Assembly: GCF_006345805.1 (NCBI RefSeq)
Contig: NW_021824837.1
Coordinates: 1 to 64,000 of the forward strand
DNA from: Octopus sinensis
Lineage: Eukaryota
DNA length: 64,000 nucleotides
Reading direction: 5' to 3'
Positions 39,736 to 53,600 of this stretch are shown here, piece by piece. How positions within the stretch are numbered: the stretch's first letter is position 1; every line of letters begins with the position of its first letter. A program made the translations under genes and the position numbers. The notes beneath the pieces are model-generated. The model made no database searches. It was not told the DNA's origin and saw only the letters and a program-made list of their open reading frames with translations.

Positions 39736-40138
39736 TAGGAGTGGCTGTGTGGTAAGTAACTTGCTAACCAACCACATGGTTCCGGGTTCAGTCCCACTGC
39801 GTGGCATCTTGGGCAAGTGTCTTCTGCTATAGCCCCGGGCCGACCAATGCATTGTGAGTGGATTTGGTAGACGGAAACTGAAAGAAGCCTGTCGTATATA
39901 TGTATATATATGTGTATGTGTGTGTGTGTTTGTGTGTCTGTGTTTGTCCCCCTAGCATTGCTTGACAACCGATGCTGGTGAGTTTACGTCCCCATAACTT
40001 AGCGGTTCGGCAAAAGAGACCGATAGAATAAGTACTGGGCTGACAAAGAATAAGTCCCATGGTCGATTTGCTCGACTAAAGGCGGTGCTCCAGCATGGCC
40101 GCAGTCAGATGACTGAAACAAGTAAAAGAGTAAAGAGT
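39736..40138 (+). mobile_element. SINE family B
   Basis: Full copy. Confidence 0.92.
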
Positions 40139-41149
40139 ATTTATCTCAGTAATTGCTTCAACACCAAGTATCTACTGAAAAAACCCTACCAGCAATGAGT
40201 TCGCTTTGTTTTTAGATGGTCTGTTTCAGTATTAATTAATTCTTCCATTCTCCTCGGTCTTCTCTCTCTTCCGATTTCTCTCTTTTGTGCCGATTCCTCT
40301 TCCTTTTCATCTTGTCACCTTTGCGATGATCTCATTCGTAGCTGTTCTTTGCCTTTTTCTCTCTCTGGCTAACCGTCGTCTTCTGTCTGATTCATTCTCC
40401 ATAGCAGGTGGATGAGTATATTTAATGCAACGGAACACAAACTCCAAATCAAATGAGTGTATTTCTGTGTGGGCGGTAGTACGTTAGTTTGTTTATATTT
40501 ATGTAACTATACAAAGTCCAAAATTACACAGGATTACATTAACGGTATACACTCAGATACTTATTTTTTTTCAGCAACGACTACGCGTTCTGGATCTTTT
40601 CGGCTTGAACGGTAGGTTTTTCTAGCGGTGTTATATGAAATTGTCACCCATAATTATGACCCTAGTATCGATCTATTGCATTTCAATCTTATTGCGTGAT
40701 TTTGGACAAGCTTACAAACATGCTCATAATTATAATAGATATTATAATAAGATAACCACGGAAAACTGTAGCCGGTCATAACCAAAATACAGCGAGCAAG
40801 AACAACATGCCTAGGACAACTCACTATATCTAGTGGGTCATCCCCTTCTTTATGCATGTACCTAATGTTACACAGATTGATGCAACACAATTAGGGGCAC
40901 AATATCCTACCCGTAACAGACAGTTTCAGGGTAGATCGAAATGATCATCGTACTGATCATCGGTTATTATTATCTCAACTAACACTGCGGAATTCCTGAC
41001 GTAGATCCAGAGGAAATATATTCCAGCCATGGATGACATCAGATAGCCCAAACTGTGAACATGCTTTACTCAACACACTAATTGACATATAGCCATGAGT
41101 CCCAAAAATTACATATACATATGAATATGTGTGTGTGCGCGTGAGCGTG

Positions 41150-41310
41150 TCTAGTCAATTCAAATAAACGAATAAAAAAAGAAAAAAAGAAAGAAAAGCA
41201 AACGAACCTGAGGACGTGCACAAGAAATGTATTAATGGAGAGAGTTTAACGTTTCGAGCAGACCTCTTCGTCGGAATGGAGAAAGGAAAAGTCTAAAGAA
41301 GAAGAAATCG
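41150..41310 (-). mobile_element. Penelope pLTR-like fragment with minimal hammerhead (41244-41278)
   Basis: Minus: aTT-CCGACGA-A-GAG gtctg CTC-GAAACGTT-AAAC. Confidence 0.6.
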
Positions 41311-41770
41311 CCAGTGTGTTTCTGTCTGTGTATCTGTGTCTGAGTGTGTGCGTGTGTTAGAATTGGTGGATAGATAGATTTATAGATAGATACATAGAGA
41401 TAAACATATAGAGATAGATAAACATATAGAGATAGATACATAGAGATAAAAAAGATAAACACATAGACATATATAAATAGCTGAGATCAGTGAATGTATT
41501 TCACTTGAAATTCTATGAGTTTTCAACAGCAGATTAGCAGTGAAATCTAGCAAGGCCTCGCTACTCCAGACTGATGAAGTGCAATAAGCCTGGTACTTGT
41601 CTGTGAACGCTGGCTTTGCTGGATGGAGGTGTTTATCTCCCTTGCTTGAAAATATAAGGACACACAACGCTCGTGTCGCGTAGGCAACTAGAAACGGTGT
41701 TTCTTTGGGTTAAATAACAGCAGCATTCTTCCCTTACCTGGGAATGCCACATTAAGTTGACAACAAGCCA

Positions 41771-41867
<97 letters not shown>

Positions 41868-42060
41868 GTATGTATGTATGTATGTAAGTATGTATATAAA
41901 ATACAAAATGGGACAAGAACGCAAAACATCCGGTCAGTTAGGTGATACAAATATATATATATATTCAAAGTTGGCTCTCTAATATTACGGATAAATATGA
42001 ATTTGTATCCCCGGTTTTTTGTGCTAGGTCGCTTGGTGTTAAAATAAGGGTACCCTCACT

Positions 42061-42117
<57 letters not shown>

Positions 42118-42157
42118 AACATATATATGCATATGCATACATACATACATACATACA

Positions 42158-42193
<36 letters not shown>

Positions 42194-42196
42194 TAT

Positions 42197-42250
<54 letters not shown>

Positions 42251-42253
42251 TAT

Positions 42254-42283
<30 letters not shown>

Positions 42284-42284
<1 letters not shown>

Positions 42285-42474
42285 AACCGTTGGCGATTTT
42301 TTTTCCTCTGTCTTCTTTCTCGGGATCTTTCCTTCTCCTATGTTTCCGACGAAGAGCTCCGCTCGAAACGTTAAACCCTCCTTCTTCCCTTCTTTCCTGA
42401 GCGTCCAATAATACTATATTGTTCCACGTCCTCGCGTTGTTGTGTTTTTTTTTTTTGTGTTTTCTTGTTTGGAT

Positions 42475-42480
<6 letters not shown>
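42284..42480 (+). mobile_element. Penelope pLTR-like element inserted in (TA)n
   Basis: Island of about 195 bp between two (TA)n tracts, containing a minimal hammerhead. Confidence 0.75.
42342..42376 (+). ncRNA. Minimal type I hammerhead variant (U4C core)
   Basis: GTTT-CCGACGA-A-GAGC tcc GCTC-GAAA-CG-TT-AAAC. Confidence 0.72.
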
Positions 42481-42518
<38 letters not shown>

Positions 42519-43152
42519 ATATATATATAATATATGTGTATGTGTGTGGTGTGTGTGTGTGTATGTGTATATGTATATATATTCTTTCTTAAACATACAC
42601 ACACAAACATACATATATAAACATAAGCATAATTATGAATATACATACACGCACATACATATCACACTTGTGCGTGTGTTATTGTGGGTCTTGTATTCTT
42701 GTGTATGCACGACGCGCAGGCACGTGCAATATTTCACTTAAGTATGCTCATACGGCAACTACCTTTGTCGGGTCGTAAGTATTTTCTGCCGAATAATTAT
42801 ATTCAGGTTGGTGAAAGTGGTGGCTCTCAGCAAGAACACAGAGTCAGAGACAGAAAGGCTGATAGAGTTGAAAACAGATAAGGCTTAAGTTAGCTAACGT
42901 CTATCTCGGCAGTCAATGTGTCGCCAGCGAATGTCTGGAGCCAGCTGTCAATATCTTAGTCTCGAGTATACCTTCCCATTTCTTACCTTATTTTCCTGCA
43001 GCCTTTTATTGCATCGTTCGCCGACATTGGCCGAAACGAAATCTATACTTAGATGAATGTATTATATGCATACACATACATGCTAATGCACACGCGCAGT
43101 GTGCGTGTGTGTGTGTGTTTGTGTGAAAGTGTTTGCACGTGTGTGTATGTGC

Positions 43153-43185
<33 letters not shown>

Positions 43186-43285
43186 ATAATGTAATAAATA
43201 AAATATATGCATACATACATACATATATGTACGTACCTACATCTACATGTATATATACATGCATATATAAATATATATATTTTAG

Positions 43286-43530
43286 TACAGGACACCACAA
43301 ATAGACGTAGAACTCAACGAGAAACGAAAACATAAAAACAAGAGAACGGACTTTTTTTAACAACGAAAGAACAGAACACAGGACAAACAACACAAGGAAC
43401 ATTCCCCTTCATCAGCTGTCCCCGGTTCGACTCCATGCGTGTTTCGAAGGTAAGGACAGAACACGCTCACCGGACCGGTCCTTCCTGCGAGGGAATTAAA
43501 TAAAATTCCCTTGCAGGAAAGAAAAAAAGG
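43286..43530 (-). mobile_element. Short Penelope pLTR-like element carrying a rearranged hammerhead
   Basis: Island between AT microsatellites, 16-bp hairpin at 43482-43519, flanked by an 80-bp inverted duplication. Confidence 0.6.
43404..43466 (-). ncRNA. Non-circularly permuted (pseudoknotted) hammerhead ribozyme candidate
   Basis: Minus: GCGTG-TT-CTGTCC tta CCTTC-GAAA-CACGC (15 nt) GGACAG-CTGATGA-AGGGG. Stems I and III pair perfectly. Confidence 0.75.
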
Positions 43531-43624
43531 TGACATATGCATGTATATATACATGTAGATGTAGGTACGTACATATATGTATGTATGTATGCATATATTT
43601 TATTTATTACATTATATATATATA

Positions 43625-43660
<36 letters not shown>

Positions 43661-43671
43661 CGTATGTGGAT

Positions 43672-43834
43672 ACAGGACGTCACAAAACGTGGATAACATG
43701 AAATACGAAAACAAAGTTGGGTTTGCAAACAAGGAGAGAAACAAATGGAAAACAAGACAAGTAACATAAAGAACGACCATTCATCAGTTGTCGGTTGTCT
43801 ATCTACACCTCATTTCGAGCATTGAACGAGAACA
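43672..43834 (-). mobile_element. Second pLTR-like fragment with a truncated rearranged hammerhead (43776-43834)
   Basis: Minus: TTcTCG ttcaat GCTC-GAAA-TGAG (15 nt) CGACAA-CTGATGA-ATGGT, cut at the 5' side by (TA)n. Confidence 0.6.
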
Positions 43835-44790
43835 TATATATATAAATATGTCTGAGTGTATACATGTTGTGTGTATGTGTGTACATAGGTGTGTATGTGT
43901 ATATATATGTGTGTGTGTGTGTGTGTGAAAATATAGTTTCATGGCAAAAGGCTTCTCTTCCTTGCCGTAGAGAAGAACTCACCAACGCACGCACTCACAG
44001 ACACAAATTCACGCATACACACATCACAAGCACACACATCATCTATAATAACAAATGCCAAAACGAACTTCTCTGTGTCAGTGTGTCACATTTCGACTCC
44101 CCTCTCTCACTATTCAATGACACTTCTACTATTCTTCCGGCTGGGATGAGAGTAATAGTAGGCATAGTGACAGTGAGGGTAGTAGATTGACGGTTGTGAT
44201 GGTAATGTGTTGATAGTAATAGTATGAGGTGTAGTTGTGATAGAGGAGGAGGCGATGGTGGTTGTGGTGGTGGTGGTGGTAGCCGAGGTCAGGGATGACG
44301 GTAATTGTAAGCGATATGAAAGACAGTGGTGGTGGTGATGGTGAACTGGAATCCGCCGAAGTCCAAGGTATTGATGGTGGTGGCGTCGGGAGTCTGAATG
44401 GTTTGTGTACAGCAGCTGTGGTGGCGATGGTGGTGGTGGTACTGGTGATGGTTGAAAACATTCAACAGAAAGAGAGAGAGAGAGAGAGGGGGGAGAGAAA
44501 GAGAGAAAGGAAGAGGTTAGTCAGAAAAACTATTGCACTGAGTCCCGAATGGGAAGACAAAAAAATGTTGTTTATCATGCAGCTTTGCAATAAGTTCCAA
44601 GTCGACAAATTATATCATTGTCTTGATGAAAATTGTTCATTGCTTGAAAAATATTGTTCAAGTTTAATAAAATTTAATACGTACTCAATGCATGAAGTAT
44701 CGTTGTTGGGCTCGAGGCCCAATGAAGAGCACTCCACTGGAGCTAGCTTAAAAGCCGCACGATAGGGCGGCTTTTAAGCTAATTTAATAT

Positions 44791-45101
44791 GGAAGCACTC
44801 CGTCGGTTACGACGACGCGGGTTCCGGTTGAACCGAATCAACGGAACAGCCTGCTCGTGAAATTAACGTGTAAGTGGCTGAGCACTCCACAGACACGTGT
44901 ACCTTTAACGTAGTTCTCGGGATATTCAGCGGGACACAAGAGAGTGACAAGGCCGGCCCTTTGAAATACAGGTACAACAGAAACAGGAAGTAAGAGTGAG
45001 AGAAAGTTGTGGTGAAAGAGTACAGCAGGGATCACCACCATCCCTGCCGCTATCCTACGACCGCGAGTCCGCTGCCCTAACCACTGGGCCATTGCGCTTC
45101 C
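44791..45101 (-). mobile_element. SINE family C (internal deletion)
   Basis: Reverse complement of 9596-9960. TSD taatttaatat. Confidence 0.9.
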
Positions 45102-45178
45102 TAATTTAATATATAAATGTGTTAAATGTGTGTGTAGATATAATGGATAATATTCATACAGGTAATTATACGCTTAGT

Positions 45179-45515
45179 GTAGGCGCATGGCTCAGTGGTT
45201 AGAGCTTCGAGCTTACGATCGTGAGGTTGTGAGTTCGATTCCCGGACCGGGCTGCGTGTTGTGTTCTTGAGCAAGACTCTTTATTTCACGTTGCTCCAGT
45301 TAACTCAGCTGTAGAAATGAGTTGCGACATCACTGGTGCCAAGCTGTATCGGCCTTTGTCTTTCCCTTGGATAACATCAGTGGCGTGAAGAGTGAAGGCT
45401 GGTATGCATAGGCGACTGCTGGTCTTTCACAAACGATCTTGCCCGGACTTGTGCCTCGGAGGGTACCTTTCTAGGTGCAATACCATGGTCATTCATGACA
45501 GAAAGGAGTCACCCT
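45179..45515 (+). mobile_element. tRNA-derived SINE family D
   Basis: ggcgcatggctcagtggttagagc..gagttcgattccc (A/B boxes) and body shared with 4483-4680. Confidence 0.85.
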
Positions 45516-46300
45516 TTTTTTTTTAATTATATGATTGATATATATTTTATTCTGTCAATAGAAATTTAAAAACTATAGCTCTCAATAATATATGTCACAC
45601 CCTGTAGCATCAACCCACTTTCATTCAAATCCTTCACTCTCGCGCTGTTTGCTATTCCGTTCACACGTACCAGATAAAAAAAACTTGTTCAGAGTAGAAC
45701 ATTTTACTTATTCTACTACCAGTTTGCAGTCTCTATTTGTTCTTTCGTAGTATCCAACTTTCATGTAATCTTAGCGTGACAGTAAATAAGCACACGGAAC
45801 TAATAGCTACATAGTAACTGGAAATTCTGTGATGACTATCGACAGAAGTATCTCCAGAATCCATTCATTCCAATCTTTTTCCAAAATGCAAAATATCTGT
45901 AATAGGATGTTGTACTTCTTCAGAAAATAGCATACTCATTCATTCTGGAATTATTAATGGAGATGATTATGTTTTCGATACTGAACTACTCTGCTTTTAG
46001 GTTATCGCGTTATATTCCTAGCAAAATCAGTGAATTTAACAGGTAGGTAGACATTTATAACAAAATATTTTCCATTCTCAATCTTTTGAATAATCGAAAT
46101 CGTGAAATTTATTTATAATTCATGAAGCATAATACAAGGATAGGAGATATAAGACAAAGCTTTCTTACATAACTTTAAAAAAAAAACTGGATTGCCGTGG
46201 CTGGAATGCTGTTGAATAAATGTCTGTTTGATCAGAGCTTACCTGGGACTAAGTAATCGCAGTTACAACGGCAGCAATAGAAAGAATAAGAAAAAGATTA

Positions 46301-46373
<73 letters not shown>

Positions 46374-46854
46374 CGCGTGTGTATGCGTGAGCGAGAGAGA
46401 AACAGAGACAGAGTCGAAGACATGAGAACATAAGGTGCTTAGAAAAGATATACGGTAAAGGTGAGAAAGACGTAAAGATACAAAGAGACAGAGAGTGAAT
46501 CATCATCATCATCGTCGTCATCGTCGACATCCTCACCTTTATCATCATCACCATCGTGGTAGTCATCATCATCGTCGTCGTCGTCGATAGAGAAGTGTAT
46601 AGAATGTAACGTAGAAAGAGTGATACTGCGAGAGATATTCTAATTGTGTCGTGCTCATATGAAATATTTTTGTTAGTGTGTATAATATTCACGTATTGTG
46701 GAAACGCATGCGCATACGCCCTCGTCTTTTTGTTTTTTAACTTAGCAGTATTGGTTACAGTTAGGGAATGAATATACGTATAGTTTGTATGCTGTTTGTG
46801 TTTGTGTATATATATGCATGTATACGTGTGTGTTTTTGTATACCTGCGTGTATC

Positions 46855-46979
46855 TATGTATGTATGTATGTATGTATGTATGTATGTTTGCATGTATGTA
46901 TACATGTATGTATGTATGTATGTATGTATGTGTATGTATGTATGTATGTATGTATGTATGTATGCGTATGTATTTTTGC

Positions 46980-47017
<38 letters not shown>

Positions 47018-47335
47018 GTATGTATGCATGTATGTATGTATGTATGTATGTATGTATGTATATATGTATGTATGTATGTTTGCATGTATGTATGTATGTA
47101 TGTATGTATGTATGTATGTTTGCATATATGTATGCATGTATGTATGTATGTATGTATGTTTGCACGTATGTATGTATGTATGTATGTATGTATGTATGTA
47201 TGTATGTATGTGTATGTATGCATGCATGTATGTATATATGTATGTGTGTGTGTATGTATGTATGTATGTATGTATGTATGTATGTATGTATGTATGTATG
47301 TATGTATGTATGTATGTATGTATGTATGTATGTAT
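46855..47335. repeat. (TATG)n tetranucleotide tract
   Basis: Direct reading. Confidence 0.95.
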
Positions 47336-47997
47336 ATGTGTGTATATACATATATGTGTATGTGTCCCGGCGTGTGCGCTCAGCCTCGTTGTGAAAAGGT
47401 CATGTAATTTTCTTTCTGCTTGACGCAAGATAAACAGAAGACATGTGACAGGGAGGGGCGAAAATAAGGAAGGGGGAAATTTGAAGATGTGTGTGTGTGT
47501 GGTAGAGCGGAGGAATTGAAGGAGATACGGTGGGATGTGAAGGAAGGGAGGGTGTGGGAGCGGCAAAAAGAAGGGACAGTCTGCTAAAGCTGGCTGGGCC
47601 CAGTTTTAAAATTAATGGATTATCGGTGACACGCAGAACTTCCTTACACTCGCTGAACGGCAAGCATTGCATATCTGCTGCAGAAACCATGGTGAAGTCA
47701 GTCAGTCAGTCTTCTGCATCATCTTCATCACTATCATCATTATCGTCATCATTTCTACAAGTGCCACACTACCACCCACCATCACACCTCTACCACCACC
47801 ACCACCACCACCACCACCACCACCACCGCCATCAACGTTGTCGTCGCCGTTGTCATCGACCGCGTCTTTGTCGTCGTGGCCGTCGTCGTAGGTGGCAGCA
47901 GCAGTAGCAGCAGCAGCAGCAGCATTTTCTTTCGGAATTGGCGTCTACGTTGTCTAGCTTTTCTTCCGTCATCTTTTCATTCTTATTCCCTTTATCT

Positions 47998-49235
<1,238 letters not shown>

Positions 49236-49318
49236 TTATCTCATTTTATTGTTTTTCTCCTTCAGTTCACTTTCTTCTACCTCTAGTGCACCACCACCAC
49301 CGCCACCACCACAGTCGC

Positions 49319-49323
49319 AACTA

Positions 49324-49354
<31 letters not shown>

Positions 49355-49386
49355 CGCTACTGCTGCCACTACTGCTACTGCTGCTG

Positions 49387-49428
<42 letters not shown>

Positions 49429-49429
49429 T

Positions 49430-49461
<32 letters not shown>

Positions 49462-49462
49462 T

Positions 49463-49524
<62 letters not shown>
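49319..49524. repeat. (CTA)n tract
   Basis: Direct reading. Confidence 0.95.
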
Positions 49525-49525
<1 letters not shown>

Positions 49526-50145
49526 CTTTTCGCTCTCCTCTTTTCTTCTAATTCTGTTTTGCCTCTCCTCGATTCTTACTAATTTCCTTAGACTCGTGTC
49601 ATTGATCTGCTTCATCAGTTACAGCAACAGCAACAACAACAACAACAACAACAACAATGCCAGCTGCAAAGCAAGAACTAGAAGAATATAACAACAACAA
49701 CAATGCCACTACCAGCTGCAACAACATCTATAATTGGTGCCAGCATTGACACTATCCACAGCTGGGAGTATAGCTACGGCGGGTATTGTTTTCATCACGC
49801 ACTCTCTGGCAAATCCTCAATACACCCAGCCAGCCATGGACCATGTATGTGTCTCTTTATCTGCTAGAAACTACGGCCAAATTTCTGTCAGATCACAACT
49901 TACTATATAAAAGAAAATGAGGTACGCGTCGGGTAATGTTAACCGGTTACCCTATAGGTATAAAAATAGTATGGTCGCATCTGGATCGGTTTAGAATACA
50001 GGTTTACCCAATAAAAGCTGATTTCGGGTTAAACAGCGAGTCAGTGGGCTTTTACATCGTCATTTGACTAGCTAGAAATAACAGCTTAATCTTCATATCA
50101 CAATCTTAAAGAATCTTAAATCTTCTTAAAGAAAAATTAACGACA

Positions 50146-50336
50146 GGCGTAGGAGTGGCTGTGTGGTAGGTATAGGCGTAGGAGTGACTGTGTGGTAAGT
50201 AGCTTGCTTACCAGCCACATGGTTCCGAGTTCAGTCCCACTGCATGGCACCTTGGGCAAGTATCTTCTATTATAGCCTCGGGCCGACCAAAGCCTTGTGA
50301 GTGGATTTGGTAGACGGAAACTGAAAGAAGCCCGTC

Positions 50337-50405
<69 letters not shown>

Positions 50406-50621
50406 TATACGTGTGCTTAAGAGTGTATTTGTCACCCCAACATCGCTTGACAACTGATGCTGGTGTGTTTACGTCCCCGTAACTCAGCGGTTCGGCAAAA
50501 GAGACTGCTAGAATAAGTACTAGGCTTACAAAGAATAAGTCCCGGGGTCGATTGCTCGACTAAAGGCGGTGCTCCAGCATCGCCACACTCAAATGACTGA
50601 AACATATAAAAGAGTAAAAGA
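50146..50621 (+). mobile_element. SINE family B with duplicated 5' head
   Basis: aggcgtaggagtg..tgtgtggta occurs twice, followed by a full body. Confidence 0.9.
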
Positions 50622-53600
50622 GACAGATTGGCCAGTTCAACTCTGTGTATGTATGTATATATGTATATTTATTGATATAAGTAAATATACATATAATATC
50701 TAATACCATGTGTATATGTGTGTGTGTGAGAGAGAGAGAGAGGGAGAGAGAGAGAGAAATATAGAGAGAGTGAGTGTGCTTGTAAGCGTGTATGTGTGTC
50801 TGTATATCAGTGCGAGCGCGTGTGTGTAAGATGTCTATGGTGACAACACCTTTGACCATACAATTATGAGCAAATTAATTGATGAAAATAAGTTACGATG
50901 CAAAATTCAAATAATGATTTATCGGCAAAACTTTAACCATAAAAATCTAGAGAATAAATGAAAATGAGAGAATGCGTCGCATTAATCTTTACATTAATAT
51001 TCGAAAGGTTTAACAAATAAACTCACTGTAATTTACTTATATTTTTACTTACGAACTCCTCCAGGTGGATGGAATTTGTGTTGAATCCTGTTGGGTATAT
51101 TATAACTTGTTCTTTGGCCACAATATTTTTTACTAAATAAATAAATAGATGTAATACGTAGAAATATCTTCTGTGTTGTATGGTAGAGCGACTCCAACCA
51201 CATCATTCATCTCTTTTCAATTAGAGCCCTCAATAAGGGAACAGTCAGCGAAGTCTCGCCGACTAATTACCACAGGCTTCATACGCAACTCGTTTTAACT
51301 CTACTCTGTAAATGACTAAATTTAGCACAAAAGAATCAATAAAATAAACATTCGGATCAGATACCTGGCTTGTTCATATCCATCATGTTTGTGGATCAGG
51401 AGGTGTGGGTTTCCTTCCACAAAAAAGTAATGTACACTGGCCCTTTTCCTTTAACTAATCCATGAAAATACGAAAGAGGAAGGACATTGGATGATAGTAG
51501 TCCTAGATACAAATAATAGTCAATGCCTGTATGTTTATGATCTTAACTTTGCTAGAAGAGTTAGCAACAATGAACTAATAAGGGCATCCTCACCTGCTTG
51601 CCATAGCAATCAAATATTCTCTATGCCATGCGTTACCCTCTTAAAGAAGGGATAGACAGATTAGATGTGATGGTCAGTGATACTGTGCCTGATATGCAGG
51701 GCCAAACTGACATGGATCTTAAACAATAACTACCTACAACAACTCATCGATATTGATTATTTAAAACAACTTCTCTTACCACCACAATTTTAAGATAGCT
51801 TGAACGGAAACAGCAATAGCAAGAACAACGACCATAAAGAGAGTAACAACAATATCACCAACAAAAATTCATTAAGAGAATTTTCATAACCAGCCACCCT
51901 TGCAATGGATTAAGAATTTACAATTTAAGGAAGTAGGCAAAACCGCGTATCGGCAAGAGTGGCTAAACAACGACAAAGACAAAAATTAACATCATATACT
52001 TTACTTTCTTTAATTGCAAACTGCAGGGTTAAGCGCCATCAAAATATTAGAAATCTTAAGGACAAGCAAGGGAAATAACTCTATTAAAATCAGTGAACTG
52101 AAATTCGCTTTCTGTTGTTTTACTTTGTTTTTGCCGATATGTTACTAATCCAATTGCATTTTTCACCTTTGCAGCTATAAGTGTCAATTTAAATCACTCC
52201 CTATTTCAGCAAGCATAAGCAACGAAGTTCCAGTTGTGACCATTCCATCTTATTGTACTTGTTCAGTAATTATACATGTATGTATTTATTACTCGATGCT
52301 CCCCTTCCTGTTTAACATATTGGGTATGATACGAGGGAGACGTGACAGCTATTTCTAAAAGATGAAGCCACTAAGTCAGATTTCGAAAAAGAACACCGAC
52401 GATCAAAAAGCATTCCAGCCGTGACCATCTTCATTTTTAAAGAGGGAGCTGTGGGTGAGGAATACAATTATGCATGAACCCATTATCCAATTTTTAAAAC
52501 CGATTTATATAGAATTAAGGAAGATTTAAGCAGAAGTTTTTAGAAGCCTGGAAGACACACGCTGAGTCTTTTTCATTTGTTTGTGGAGTTGTAGTGGTTT
52601 CAGCTGCTGTTATTGATGTAATTGCAGATATTGTTGTCGCTCTTGTTATTGATAATGTTTGATACGTGAGGGGAATCATTAAATGTGGAGACGAAACAAA
52701 ACTGAAAATGGTTAACTAGACAATAAGAATAGCGCTCGCAGGAGCAGTGAGGAAAGAATTCATTAACAATATACCAGCAGTTCTTCAAATGAATTGTAAT
52801 GTATAGTTGCATTGTCGTCTTGCTCGTCTTCGTTCTCCTTGTTGTTGTTGTTGCTACTGCTGAAATTGTTGTTGTTCTTATTGTAGAAGTAATCGGCAGA
52901 GCAGTTCTATTTTCTCAATAAATTTCTTCCTTTTCCTTTGTACAAACGTAAGAAGTCATTATTGTTGGCGTTGCCGTTGCAGTTATTTTTGCTGTGTAAC
53001 AAGCGAGTCCTCGTACTCCGACCTGATCTAAGAGATCTGGTATCATAGCCATTTCAGCAATGAGCATTTTGTCATATTTTTTTATCTCTAGAATTCCATT
53101 GACTAATGTATCCTACATTTTTTCTTCAGGTAAGATTTTTTTTTAGTTAACTGCTATTTTTAGTAGTTTTAGCCACCTTGTAGATGTTACCTTTTTTATT
53201 CGTATTGCTATTGTTTTCGCTGTGTGGTTTATCAAGAAACCTGATAAAATATGCAAATAACTTCCACTTCAAGATCAGAATTCATTTGGAATAAACATTA
53301 ACGAAGTAGTTCTCACAAGAAATGTAAAAGCAAAAGCAAACATCCAGCTTCACCAAAATGAAAAAGAACACAGGAAAAAAATATAAAGAAATTTTAGGCA
53401 ATAACAACTTTAACAATTTTGTCTTTTAATTAATAAAAGTGGAAATAAATTCCATAAAAACATTTGAGAATAAAAACATCAAGAGAATAAAACTAAACTT
53501 CGGAAAATAATGTTAAATATCTGAGTGTAGAAACGGAGATAAACTAAGTACTTTCGCATTTAACTGATAAACATAAACACAAAAAAGAATAACAATGATA

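Noticed and set aside
44295-44765. 156-aa ORF
   Set aside because: Runs through GGT- and GA-repeats, with no recognisable domain or splice context.
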